A stretch of 64,000 nt of DNA, taken from NCBI GenBank assembly GCA_003707115.1, contig PPNB01000004.1:310001-374000 (forward strand). Direction: 5' to 3'. The translations under genes and the position numbers were made by a program. Of the stretch, positions 39,246 to 51,400 are shown in pieces; positions within the stretch are counted from its first letter, which is position 1, and each line of letters begins with the position of its first letter. The notes below the pieces were generated by a model that did not search any database, was not told the DNA's origin, and was given only the letters and a program-made list of their open reading frames with translations. This DNA is from Tortispora ganteri (lineage: Eukaryota).

Positions 39246-41534
39246 TCAATAATCTATGAGCTTCAACTTGCGTCCAATGTTCTTAGCCCTGTACTTTGCT
39301 GCTCCACTTCGCGGTGTAGTCGCACCCGACGGAGGCCTTGACCTTTCTGATTCGTGCGAACCATTGGTTATCGGTCCTAATCCTACACCCATGGCGGTAC
39401 TCATACTAGATGGTGTGCCATTCACTGGAGCCTTTGAAAACTCTTTCAGTAAGGCTTCCATTTCGCCCATATCAAAGTATCCGTAACCACCCATCACGTC
39501 ACCTGCTTCATCCTCTTCCTCTTCTTCGACAACTGCGGTAGTTTTAAGCTTGCGTCCAAGACGATCATCGGATACTTCACTGTTCAGGCCTGAAATAGAT
39601 GCCGCTTTAGCTCTAGAATTCTGTCTAAGAATATTGCGCATCTCAAGCAAATAGTTCTGTAACGTTTCAAGGAAACGTTTAGTTTGCCTATGTTTGGACG
39701 AAGCACAAATCGAAATCGAATTATTGGTCAAGATATAGCCAATTCCGAACCCATCAGGTGATGTTGGACCAAATCCAAACAGACGCAAAGAAGGGTTACC
39801 GCAATTCGAAGTCGACAAGATAGTATTGCCTAACTTATCCCATCCTTGATCTGCAAATATTGCAGGAAGCGGAGGCACGCTACCAGATGCCGCGCTATCT
39901 GTATCCCAACTAGATGAACCTTTATCGTCATCCAAAAACTCTCTCTGCCACATGCAAAGCAGTGCATACAAGTGCCTATCTTGACCAAGTCCTTGCGAGC
40001 ATTGCTTTGTTAGCTGTGAATGTCTATCGCATGCTCGTCTGAGCGATTCAATTTTGTCGATAGCTGGCGCGTCTTCACAAAATTTTCTTACAAATGCTAA
40101 ACATTCATCCGTTACCGTTCTTATAGCTTCTGTACGACCATGAAGGAAGTACTTGGTCATGGCTGGCTCGTAAGTGGACTCGCACCGTCCATACAGAGCG
40201 TAATAGGCGGCTTGGAAAGCCAACTGAACATATGCATCCGGAGAAAATCCTGAATTCTTTATAAAGTTTGTTCCATAAGCTTTGAATTCCAGAGTTTCAA
40301 CCTCCGTCTGATGGATGAGATCGGACAATCTGGACTCTGCAAAACGGAGAGCAATGGACAACTCAGGGACCAAAGTCCACTCTAACCTTCGGGGTACGAT
40401 TGAGATAAATGGTTTTGAGTTTCTCAAAGACACCGGGTCAGGACTTTGTGAAGGCCAGATTGACGGAGAAGAGCCAGTAATACTTTTAGCATATCTCAAG
40501 ATTGAATCTGTAAAGATATCTGAAACAAACCTCAGCACAGTGTGGCCGTCTACACCGGTGTGCTCAAAATTAACACCTGCTGATCCATTTTTGGTGACAA
40601 TGATCTGTAGTTTATCGTACCAGCGGTTAGTACATGATCCAACCTGAATGCCTTTTTCAACCGATGAGGTTCCGCATAAAATATTACGACTCAAATCTGC
40701 CAAGGTTTCGGGGCTGACATGATCTAAGCATAGCATAAATAGAGCGCTGTCAATGATACTGAGAATTTCTCTATTATTGGCATCATCACCATTAGCCAAA
40801 ACCTCTCTCAGATTAGCCCAGTCCCTGCGGTTCTCGGTAGTCAGTACACCGACAGCTCGTTTAGCAGCTTCTGTAATAGATATATCTTGTGCATCTGAAA
40901 CAATTGTTTCAAGATTTCTGCTCAGTTCAGCTTCCGAGATGATAATGTCACTGTTTTCATCGAGAACGTCGAACCAATAGAATTGCGAACGAGCCACCAC
41001 CACAATGTGGCGCGATGTAGTATCAGTTTGCATAATGCAGCAATCCTGGTTAGGAATGCGAGAGGTACCAAATAGTCGAGTATATTGATACATACACAAA
41101 GGCTTTCCACGAACGTTATCGTAGGGAAGTTCTTCGCGGCGAAGGGCGCGGATGAAGTTAAGCGAGGATATCACTAGCGATGCTGCACGATTTACCTGAG
41201 AGCCCGAAGCAGAAGGGCTAGGATCTTCCTCCAAAAGAAAAAATGGATTTAAGTTCAAAACCACAGGATTGTCGTAGTTTAGGTAAGAATCGTACCAGAA
41301 CTGTTCGATATACGAGCTGCGGTCCTTTGAGTACTCCTTTAGCATATTATTTAGTCTAGGACCTTCGTTTGCAAGGAATTCTGCTGTAGCAGCCTTAGTG
41401 CGTTGATGTTCAGCATAAGTCTGAAGAGGACGAACGGCATCCAGGTATTTCTTGCAAGTTTCCTCTAGATCAGGAATAGGCAGCTTAGATAGCAAATGTT
41501 GCTTGGAGAAAGTGACGGAACCGTTTACTGTCAT
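39246..41534 (-). CDS. YAT1: Carnitine O-acetyltransferase, Yat1-like
   Basis: KLPIPDLEETC, SYIEQFW, VVLNLNPFFLLE, NRWYDKLQ, catalytic FEHTGVDGHTVLR, SPDAYVQ and STSNCGNP. The first ATG is at 41534. Confidence 0.92.
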   Translation of the reverse strand: MTVNGSVTFSKQHLLSKLPIPDLEETCKKYLDAVRPLQTYAEHQRTKAATAEFLANEGPRLNNMLKEYSKDRSSYIEQFWYDSYLNYDNPVVLNLNPFFLLEEDPSPSASGSQVNRAASLVISSLNFIRALRREELPYDNVRGKPLCMYQYTRLFGTSRIPNQDCCIMQTDTTSRHIVVVARSQFYWFDVLDENSDIIISEAELSRNLETIVSDAQDISITEAAKRAVGVLTTENRRDWANLREVLANGDDANNREILSIIDSALFMLCLDHVSPETLADLSRNILCGTSSVEKGIQVGSCTNRWYDKLQIIVTKNGSAGVNFEHTGVDGHTVLRFVSDIFTDSILRYAKSITGSSPSIWPSQSPDPVSLRNSKPFISIVPRRLEWTLVPELSIALRFAESRLSDLIHQTEVETLEFKAYGTNFIKNSGFSPDAYVQLAFQAAYYALYGRCESTYEPAMTKYFLHGRTEAIRTVTDECLAFVRKFCEDAPAIDKIESLRRACDRHSQLTKQCSQGLGQDRHLYALLCMWQREFLDDDKGSSSWDTDSAASGSVPPLPAIFADQGWDKLGNTILSTSNCGNPSLRLFGFGPTSPDGFGIGYILTNNSISICASSKHRQTKRFLETLQNYLLEMRNILRQNSRAKAASISGLNSEVSDDRLGRKLKTTAVVEEEEEDEAGDVMGGYGYFDMGEMEALLKEFSKAPVNGTPSSMSTAMGVGLGPITNGSHESERSRPPSGATTPRSGAAKYRAKNIGRKLKLIDY

Positions 41535-42431
41535 TTTACCGGCGTTTGAACACAAAAATTATCTAATTCAAAGGCTAAGTGTATGAGTATGGTATAAAGG
41601 GATCCAATTTGAAAAGCAAGAAACTTATATAATGGAAAACCAGGACACCAGTAAAATCCGGAGATCGGAGGTTGTGCAAGTCGGTGAAGCGGAGGACTGG
41701 ATAAAGTTGAAGATAATCCGGGGTCATGATCTCTGATTGGTAGAAATTTTGCCGGGAGGCCGAATCTGGCAATATCAAGCGTTCCAACTCACACGCAAGC
41801 TGACCAATCATAATTATAGTATACCGCGAAGGATATATAAGTTTTAATTTCGATGTGCCCTTTTTGTAGTACTTTTTGGCAGTCAGTGCACTGGCTGGCT
41901 GCGATATAGGCGTCAAAACTCACTGTTGCTGTGTTTCTGTGCATTAATGACAATGGGATATCTTCATCCACTTTGTATCACACAGAAAACTCATTGGCTA
42001 CTATATCACAGCATATCTGTACAGCAAAATGAAGTAAATCAAAGGATATTGCTCCTATTTAGAATATATGTCAACGACGTACGCGCTCTCGTTAGGCATT
42101 CTCGTTTGCTACTAACTGAGCCCACCTTTCGATCAAGTTAAAAGAAAGAAAGGTAGTAGTAACCTTATGACATGAGGTACAGCCCTACATCAACCCTATT
42201 GCTTAATTTTCATATAAGTTACCCGGACGAGATGTTAACTACGCGTGTCCCTTTTAATACCAAAGGGGGTTTTCGAAGCTTCGTTGTTAATTACAGATTT
42301 CACAATATACCTGGAACCGTGCTTGCTCGGCTTTTACTTAGCATACTGCGGTGATACCTGCATATACAATTGACATTTACAAGTGCGTAAATTTTGTGGA
42401 GTATCGGATTCTGTAGTCACAATATCTAAGC

Positions 42432-44681
42432 ATGGCTAAGTCTACAGCTGTTGCGTCCGGAACCGCTTCACCAAAACCGCGGCGCCGAACTAATAGAAGC
42501 TCTGCCGCTGACTCAAACGCAAATGCAAGCGATGTCAAAGAAGATAAATACGATAAGCTTGATAAGCCGGAGAAAGCCGTAAAAAGCAAGCTTGAAGTTG
42601 TCGGAGAAATGTTCGATGCCTTTGCGCCATTCTTTTTCATCATCGCTGGCTTTATATCAAGAATGTATAAAATTGGAATTTCCAACAAAGTCGTATGGGA
42701 TGAAGCTCATTTTGGTAAATTTGCCTCCTATTATATTCGCAGGACTTTCTACTTCGATGTTCATCCTCCCCTAGGTAAGATGCTGAATGGTCTTGCCGGA
42801 TATCTTGCAAATTTCAATGGCTCCTTTGAGTTCCCATCAGGTGAAGTGTACCCCGATTACGTCAGGTACATACCTATGCGCGTTTTTAATGCGCTGTTTG
42901 GTGCACTTTGCGTGCCCTTAGCGTACTATACCGGCAAAGAGCTTCGCTTCTCTCGATGGGGATCTTGGATGCTTGGCCTATTGGTTCTGTGTGAATCCTC
43001 CTATATAACAATTTCCAGATTTATTCTTCTCGATTCTATGCTCATGTTTTTTACATTTACTACTGTATATGCACTGGCGAAATTTAAGAATTTATCGGAT
43101 GTCCCATTCTCTCGCAAATGGTGGTTCTGGATCACCGCGCTAGGCGTCTCTCTCGGCTGTGTTTGCTCTGTGAAGTGGGTTGGTGCTTTCGCTACCGCAC
43201 TTGTTGGTCTTTTCACAATCCATCAACTGTGGGATATGTTTGGAGATTCTAATATGCCAATTCGAACTTATGTCAAACACTGGGCTGCTCGAATCTACTG
43301 CCTGATAGTGATCCCCTTCTTGGTATATGCTCTGACTTTCAAGATTCATTTTACTATCTTGAACCACAGTGGTCCTGGTGATGCGCAAATGCCCTCTCTC
43401 TTCCAAGCCAACTTGATAGGAACGGGCGTAGGCGGTGGACCGTCGTATGTGGCTCTTGGAACAAAAGCCACAATTAAAAATGCCGGCTATGGCGGTGGAT
43501 TGCTCCACTCTCACGTTCAAACGTATCCAGAAGGGTCAGGACAACAGCAAGTCACTTGTTACCATCACAAGGATGGAAACAATGACTGGATATTCTCTTT
43601 GCCATTTGGAGAAAGCTCTGACGAAGAACTTAAGTTTGTTCACGGTAACGATCGTATCAGCCTTGTTCACGCCATGACGAGGCGCAAGCTTCATTCACAT
43701 AACATATTCGCTCCTATTTCTACGAGTGATTGGGAAGTGTCTGGATACGGTAATGATACCGTGGGAGACAATAAGGATAACTGGATTGTAGAGATTGTGG
43801 ACGATGCAGTCAATGATTACAAGCGAGGATCATCCGATGTTTTGCGATCGCTCTCTACGTTTTTCCGGCTTCGTCATGCTGAACTTGGATGTTACCTCCG
43901 CGCCGCCAACGTGAACCTGCCGCAATGGGGTTTCAAGCAGATCGAAGTTACTTGCCAAAAGAATCCCAGCAAAAATGATAAACACACTTGGTGGAATGTT
44001 GAAGATAGCTGGGATGAACGTGTCGATGAATGGGAACGGACTAACTTAGCGGCAAAGAAAGGATTACCAGAAAGCCCGTTTTGGAGAGACTTTTTCCATC
44101 TTAATGTCGCTATGATGACCAGTAACAACGCACTAGTCCCTGATCCAGACAAAAGGGACGACCTTGCTTCCAAGCCATGGCAATGGCCTACGAATAATGT
44201 TGGTCTACGGATGTGTTCTTGGGATGACAACACGATAAAATACTACTTGCTGTTTAGTCCTGTTGGTGTATGGGCCTCTACTTCTGCTCTTGGCATATTT
44301 GTAATTATGACCATTATATACGCCTTGAGATGGCAGCGCTCATACAACGATTTCGATAGAGAATCTATTGACAAAGTGGTATTTGCTGGTGTGTACATGT
44401 GGATTGGGTGGTTGTTACATTTCATCCCTTTTGTGATTATGGCACGTGTTACATATGTGCACCACTATATTCCTGCGCTGTACTTTGCGTTTATCGTTTT
44501 GTGCTGCATTGTGGAGTTTGTTACGGAGCGATGGCTTCCTCGTTTCAGGCCAGTTGTTTATGGTATATGGTATGGAGCTATTATAACATGCTTTGTTGTG
44601 TATGCTCCAATTTCTTACGGCATGCATGGATCACATTCCAACTATAACTACCTGAATCTTTTAAAAACCTGGACTATCTGA
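42432..44681 (+). CDS. PMT2: Dolichyl-phosphate-mannose:protein O-mannosyltransferase, PMT2 subfamily
   Basis: VVWDEAHFGKF, FDVHPPLGKML, MIR region LLHSHVQTYPEGS.QQQVTCY, LPQWGFKQIEV and RVTYVHHY. Confidence 0.93.
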   Translation: MAKSTAVASGTASPKPRRRTNRSSAADSNANASDVKEDKYDKLDKPEKAVKSKLEVVGEMFDAFAPFFFIIAGFISRMYKIGISNKVVWDEAHFGKFASYYIRRTFYFDVHPPLGKMLNGLAGYLANFNGSFEFPSGEVYPDYVRYIPMRVFNALFGALCVPLAYYTGKELRFSRWGSWMLGLLVLCESSYITISRFILLDSMLMFFTFTTVYALAKFKNLSDVPFSRKWWFWITALGVSLGCVCSVKWVGAFATALVGLFTIHQLWDMFGDSNMPIRTYVKHWAARIYCLIVIPFLVYALTFKIHFTILNHSGPGDAQMPSLFQANLIGTGVGGGPSYVALGTKATIKNAGYGGGLLHSHVQTYPEGSGQQQVTCYHHKDGNNDWIFSLPFGESSDEELKFVHGNDRISLVHAMTRRKLHSHNIFAPISTSDWEVSGYGNDTVGDNKDNWIVEIVDDAVNDYKRGSSDVLRSLSTFFRLRHAELGCYLRAANVNLPQWGFKQIEVTCQKNPSKNDKHTWWNVEDSWDERVDEWERTNLAAKKGLPESPFWRDFFHLNVAMMTSNNALVPDPDKRDDLASKPWQWPTNNVGLRMCSWDDNTIKYYLLFSPVGVWASTSALGIFVIMTIIYALRWQRSYNDFDRESIDKVVFAGVYMWIGWLLHFIPFVIMARVTYVHHYIPALYFAFIVLCCIVEFVTERWLPRFRPVVYGIWYGAIITCFVVYAPISYGMHGSHSNYNYLNLLKTWTI

Positions 44682-45999
44682 AGAGGCTATGCTTTTCTCG
44701 CGTATATATTAGCAGAAGACGAATCCTTCAACATTTTCTGTTCGGCTCGATCTCATCACTATTCCCCTTCTAGGGAATTCCCGTTATCGTTTTTGGTCTA
44801 TTACTGATATTGACGACTTCTATATTTTACGTCTGTGAACACGATAATAGGGATAACAATCCAATATAATTGTGCACATGCCAAAATCAATGATGTACAT
44901 TTTCTAGTATTTGTAGAGGCGTTTTTTGGCCCGATCGCTGTACCTGGAATGTTGGCCGCGAGGGATGCATTAAAGCCTAATACTGAAACTACGCGTGCTG
45001 CCAGAACCTCATTTCGTCAGGCGGTTGAGATACGTTCAGCTAGACAGACATAGATGAGTCTACGAAGATACACGTAGGAAGTGAAATATGTACGAACCTG
45101 GTGTATACTACAGATCTGGATCGCACATGAAGTTATCCTATCTTCGTATAACCTGATGAACCCCCTTGTTACACAATACTGACCATGTCACACCTTATTG
45201 GGAATAAGGTTTATATACACGAAAATAGAAAAGCGCTAGTTGAAGGGTTTTGTACATAAGAGGCAGGACGTAGAGAAAAGGAGCGCAGAGCTAGCAAATT
45301 CTTCGTCCTTGCGAGGAGACAAGGTTTAAAAAAGTAGCATTAATTGAGTGAGATTCATCTATTACTTCTGCTTAAGCTCCAGGAATAGCAGAAAGTGATT
45401 CATCTGTACAAGTCTGCACTTCCTTTTCCAGCAAACCAAGACTGTCACTCATCACTAGACACAATGACAATAATAAAATATCATTTAGCATAATGAACGA
45501 CTACTTGCTGCGTCTGATTTTCAATCACATTGTTGGATGAGCCAAGGGGCAGGCAGGTGAATAGCCCTTACGTGCAAACCGGCTCCCCCTTTGACTTTTT
45601 ACCAGCCTTTGAGAAGAAGAAACAAACTTTAAAATTGAAATAAGTGATTTTATTGGACATATACTCCCATTTTGACAGTTTTTAAAACGCGTTTTAAACC
45701 TTATATTCAATTAAATTATCCCTTGACTTCGCGTAAAAGAACTAAAATCGGCTTTCCGAATAAGGCTGGTTCTTTGTATAATTCCTTAAGTACAAACGCT
45801 ACACCTAAAATACCTCCTTTCTTTTACTTCAACATCGATTTGCTTCTAAAACTGCATTGTTCTGTTGTCTGTAGCATCTCCTTGCCTCATACACTCCCTT
45901 TGCCGATTTCCTTAAGTACCGTCTTACATTCCATTCCTTTATAGTTATTCTGAAAGACCGCTATTTATTGCTGAATCGCTCCTTAAGAATCGTTTCATA

Positions 46000-46797
46000 A
46001 TGCATGCTCAATACCTTCTCTTTCTTTTAGGCGCAGTGAATGCCATTCCAATCGTTAAGACCATCACTGTTCCTGTCACCACCACTCTACCGCTTATCAA
46101 GACCGTATATGTTACGGAGACGGTAGGTGAGGGTGTCTTGACAGTCACGGAAGGCGCTTCTCCTACAACACAGGAGTATTACCTTAGCGAATCATCTAAG
46201 CAAGATGAAACTACGCCTGATGCTTCTGCTGCCATTACTACTCCTATCGTTATTGTTGCTGACACCACTACAACTACACCAGCAGCCGCTGAAACTTTTG
46301 TTACAACGACACCAGCAACTGCCAATACCGAGTATTATGCACCTGAGACCACAACAACTCAGGCTGCCGCCACGACGGCAGTCGTCGATGATTCAAGTGA
46401 TGATTCTAGTCTCAGCTCAGATGCTCAACAATGGCTCTCTGCCCACAATACTTTCAGAGCGCAATACGGTGCTCAGCCTCTTACCTGGGATAGTACCCTT
46501 GCGGCGTTTGCCAGCAACTATGCTAACAATTGCGTTTTCCAACATTCTGGTGGACCATATGGCGAGAACCTTGCTATGGGATACTCTTCGATTGATGCTG
46601 CAGTCAAAGGCTGGACTGACGAAGCTAGTTTGTACACAGGAGGATACAGCTCAGCTTCAGGTCATTTCACACAGGTAGTATGGAAGAGTACCACTAAGCT
46701 TGGATGCGGTGTTGCATCTTGTTCAAGTGGTAAGATTTACGTGTGTGAATATGATCCTGCCGGAAACGTGCTTGGTCAATTCGCCCAAAATGTCTAA
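46000..46797 (+). CDS. Secreted CAP/SCP (PR-1) protein, Pry1-like
   Basis: Signal peptide, Thr-rich linker, then HNTFRAQY...HSGGPYGENLA...GHFTQVVWKSTTKLGCG...CEYDPAGN. Confidence 0.92.
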   Translation: MHAQYLLFLLGAVNAIPIVKTITVPVTTTLPLIKTVYVTETVGEGVLTVTEGASPTTQEYYLSESSKQDETTPDASAAITTPIVIVADTTTTTPAAAETFVTTTPATANTEYYAPETTTTQAAATTAVVDDSSDDSSLSSDAQQWLSAHNTFRAQYGAQPLTWDSTLAAFASNYANNCVFQHSGGPYGENLAMGYSSIDAAVKGWTDEASLYTGGYSSASGHFTQVVWKSTTKLGCGVASCSSGKIYVCEYDPAGNVLGQFAQNV

Positions 46798-47698
46798 CAT
46801 TGACGGGGTCAATGGGGACAAAGCTAATAGTTATGTGATTTTTCTGTTCATTAACATCAAAGCTGTAGTATAAATGAACGCCTAGAGTAGTTAATCCTTG
46901 ATATTCCTTTTTCATCAATGGCGCCTAGCATAATAGCTGGTGTATAGTGTAAAGAGGGGAAATGTAACCATATTTTAGATTGCAACCCATGCTGGAATTG
47001 TTGCAGGCTATATTTCAGCTAGTTAAGACGCAGTGATTAAAACCTCATAATTTAATATTCACAGTGACACAATTTAGTACACCTTGCATTAAAAGAATTA
47101 GTGCAACTAGGTTTCTGAGTCAATCATGATCTCTATTAAGCTATATTCCTTGTAAGTTTTACAAGGTAGCAATTTAAACCGCTGAAAACCAAATAAAGGC
47201 AACACCTCTACCATTCATTATAAAAGTTGTAACAGAATGATTAGAGGTATGCTTTCCTAGATATTCAATTTTCTGGATCGCAGTTATGAGTACATGATTC
47301 TATCACTAAAAGAGAAACTTTCTTTCGCCGGGCGATCAGATAGAACAAATAGTAATCAAGCTTATCGCATTAGCACATATCCCTGGATTCTCGTATTAGC
47401 CGTATGCATACTGTAACCGAGACCAAAATATATCCATGTGAGCCTGCGGTATAAACGACAATCATTTTTTGGTGGGCTCATTTTGCAGCTATTGCTCATT
47501 GGATATACTGCTGTATTATGCCACATATATTCATTAACAATAGTCATTAATTGTGATTTACTAGTAATAGAAAATCTTGGAAATCAAATTAGGTCATCTT
47601 GCAATTCGTATTTCTATTGCTTCATGCCTTTATAGATAAAGTCGCAGTAAAAGTTCATCTTTTTTGATAAGGTGGTCAACTCTCCCAGTGATACAAAC

Positions 47699-48094
47699 AT
47701 GCATGATGATGATACACTTGCACAAGAGATTGCGATTTTAGAATGTATAGCATATAGATGCCATAATCAACATAGAAGATCATATTGGTGGTCATATTTC
47801 TCTACAGTACGACGAAAACTTAAGAAATATATCTCTAATAAAGATGTTAAGCTCTCTAGAGTGCGAAAAGACATAGAACGAGCATACATTGCAGTTTCTC
47901 GAACACTTATAGCGCAAGGGCAGTTTTTAAATATAGGTCTAATTCTAATAGCTGCTTATTCTAGGATATATTCAATTTTAATATCTTCTGATCCAAATGC
48001 CACAAAATCAAATTCATCTGTGATCGATGTTCCTGATTTGGGCGAAGTAGTACATTCCAGTACTGAACGTTGCTTCGATTTACAAGATTTATGA
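47699..48094 (+). CDS. RMP1: RNase MRP subunit Rmp1-like
   Basis: YRCHNQHRRSYWW and GQFLNIGLILIAAYSRI match the recalled Rmp1 pattern (RNxNQHR..xWW; GQF..LGL.L...RI). The first ATG is at 47699. Confidence 0.7.
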   Translation: MHDDDTLAQEIAILECIAYRCHNQHRRSYWWSYFSTVRRKLKKYISNKDVKLSRVRKDIERAYIAVSRTLIAQGQFLNIGLILIAAYSRIYSILISSDPNATKSNSSVIDVPDLGEVVHSSTERCFDLQDL

Positions 48095-48492
48095 CAGAAT
48101 ACTCCCCCCTTGTCTCTCATTGAATTCTAATACACACACTCACAGTAATAATACCACATTCATTTACATTCAGCTAATATTTTATAATTTTCATTTCATA
48201 ATACGGAATCTTCAAAATAAATTTATCAAAAGTAAAACGGTCTTGTTCTCAAAATTGTCAATATCTGTATAACATGAATGACCTTCGATGCCCATCCTTA
48301 TTAAAAAAAAATTTGATTTCAAAAGGTGGCGCCACATTAAATATCAAATCTTAATAACGCATCAAAGTCGCCTTTCATCTTCCTTCAATGACCAAAAAAA
48401 AAACAAGAAAACAGTAACAAATTATAGCAATATCAATTCAAGAAGTGAAAATATTCATGATAACAGTAATCAGCCCGCACCTCTCTGACCAC

Positions 48493-51400
48493 TTATGCCT
48501 TAGCTTCCAACATATCGTAACTGCGTTTAACAATGCCTCCATCTGCAGGAAGATCTGTATTGTGTTCAAGAAATAGATCAACATTGCGTGCACACTGTCG
48601 TCCTTCTTGAATACCCCATACAATCAGCGATTGTCCCCGTCGGCAGTCACCGCAGGCAAATAGATTGTCATCAACGTGATAGTTAACATGTCCTGGAGCA
48701 GCACCCTTGGTCTTGATATTGCCGCGGCCATCACGGTCAACTTCTAGTTTCTGGGCATCAGGTCCCACAAATCCCATAGACAACAAAACTAAGTCAGCCG
48801 GGAAAAATTCTTCAGAGCCAGGAACTTCAGACATCTGCCAGCCTCCACTGGTAGTCCTCTTCCATTCAACTCTAACGGTCTTGATACCTTTGACATTGCC
48901 TTCTCCATCATCAACAAACTCTTTAGATAAAATGCAGTATTCACGAGGATCCTTGCCATAATGGGCTTGCACTTCGGTGTGTCCATAATCAACGCGGAAA
49001 ATACGAGGCCACTGAGGCCATGGATTGTCGCTAGCACGATCGGAAGGTGGATGAGGAAGCAACTCAAAGTTGACAACAGATTTGGCTCCATGACGAACTG
49101 AAGTACCAATACAATCGTTACCGGTATCACCACCACCAATTACAACAACATCTTTACCGCGAATCATCTCAGCAATGGGCTCAAGATTGTCGGCCAAAAG
49201 TGCTTGAGTATTGGCAGTAAGCAGCTGCATAGCAAACATAACATTGTTCAAGCTTCTTCCAGGAATGGGCAAATCACGAGGAATAGTAGAACCAGCTGCA
49301 AGGACAACAGCTGAATGATCAGAACGCAACTGCTCAACAGTGATGTCTTCACCAATAGTGGTGTTAGCAACAAATTCAATACCTTCAGCTGCAAGCAAAT
49401 CAATACGTCGCTGCACAACTCGCTTGTCGAGCTTCATGTTAGGGATACCGTACATCAACAAACCACCAAATCTGTCTGCACGTTCATACACGGTGACTTT
49501 GTGTCCACTGCGGTTCAATTGATCGGCACAAGCCAATCCGGAAGGACCAGATCCAACAATGGCAATCGTCTTACCAGTACGCTGGGGAGGGGGACGAGGA
49601 ACAATCCATCCCATCTCAAAGCCACGATCAATAATAGCACATTCGACGCTTTTAATTCCAACAGGATCCTCTATAATTCCAAGCACACATGCACCTTCGC
49701 AAGGCGCAGGACAAACACGACCAGTGAATTCAGGGAAGTTATTCGTCATCAAAAGTCGGTTCAGAGCATCTTGCCAACGGTCTTTGAAAATCAATTCATT
49801 CCATTTAGGGATAATATTGGAAATCGGGCAACCAGTGTCAGATTGACAGAAGGGTACGCCGCAGTCCATGCAGCGAGCAGTTTGGTACTTAAGATCTTCG
49901 TCGGTGACACGGCTAGACAATTCTTGCCAATCACGAGTACGGGACTTAACAGCGCGATATTTCTCTGAGCGACGAGCATACTTCATAAAGCCTTTAGTCT
50001 TATCCAGTAAAACAACTTTCTTTTCTTCGGCAGCAGTGTCAACAATCGCATCTTCTAAATCTTGAACCTTAGGCTCGACCTCAGTGTCTTCTTCTTCAGA
50101 AGCCTTCTTTTCGGCCAGTTTTTTAGCCTCCTCTTCCGCCTTTTGGAACTGAGAGCGCAGGTTTTCAGGCAGAGTACGCTTAGCCGCAGCTTTCTTAGCT
50201 TCCTCAGCTTCCAGTACTTTCTTATAATCAGTTGGCATGACGCGAACAAATCGAGGCAAAACATGATTGAAGTCTTGAAGAATACGGTCAGCAAGTTCAG
50301 ATTCTGTGTAATGACGATGATCTTCAATAAGTCCACGCAAGAATGCAATTTCTTTGGGGTCAGTAACAGGACCTAGTTCAACCATTTCAACGTTAACTTT
50401 AGTGTGAAAGTCTTGAGCCATATCCAGAACGTAGGCAATACCACCAGACATACCAGCGGCAAAGTTTCTTCCTGTAGCACCAAGAACAACAACACGACCA
50501 CCAGTCATATACTCGCATCCGTGGTCACCCACACCTTCAACGACAGCTGTCGCACCAGAGTTACGAACAGCAAAGCGCTCAGCAGCAACACCACGGAAGA
50601 AGCAAGTACCTTTGATAGCACCATAAAGACATACATTACCAATGATGATGTTCTCTTCAGGTTTAAAGGAGGAGTTCTTGTGAGGGTAAATAATGATTCG
50701 TCCACCAGAAAGACTCTTACCCACATAATCATTAGCATCACCTTCAAGTTCGAGAGTGATACCAGGGGCCAAGAATGCACCAAATGATTGACCAGCAGAA
50801 CCGTATATATTAACATGAATAGTGTCGTTAGGAAGTCCATCTTCGCCGAAACGCTTGGATACGCGATACGACAAAGTCGTTCCAAGAGCACGATCAGTGT
50901 TAACAATATCAGCGTCAATTTGGACAGGCAAACCTTTATCGAGAGTGATCTCAGATTCATCGATGAGTTTGTTATCCAAACGAACGTGCAAACGATGATC
51001 CTGTTTACGAACACGATGAGTAGCAACACCAGGACGCAAAGTGTGAGCAGGTGTAAGAATTGGCGTCAAGTCAATATTAGCAGTCTTAGTGTTGCGAAGG
51101 TCTTCACGAACACGAAGCTTTTCAGCATGTCCAACCATCTCGTTGATAGTTCTAAATCCAAGTTTAGCCATGATTTCACGGAGTTCATTGGCCAGGTAGT
51201 AGAAGAAGTTAATCACATGTTCAGGCGTACCAGCAAACTTCTTTCTCAGGTAAGGATCCTGTGTAGCAATACCGACTGGGCAAGTACCAAGATGACATTT
51301 ACGCATCATGATACATCCCATGGCAATCAAAGGAGAGGTAGCAAAACCCCATTCTTCAGCACCCAACAAACAAGCAATAGCAATATCACGCCCAGTTCTA

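Noticed and set aside
41575..42354. Several 60-113 aa ORFs between YAT1 and PMT2
   Set aside because: Mostly non-ATG starts, overlapping on both strands, without motifs; consistent with a divergent promoter region.
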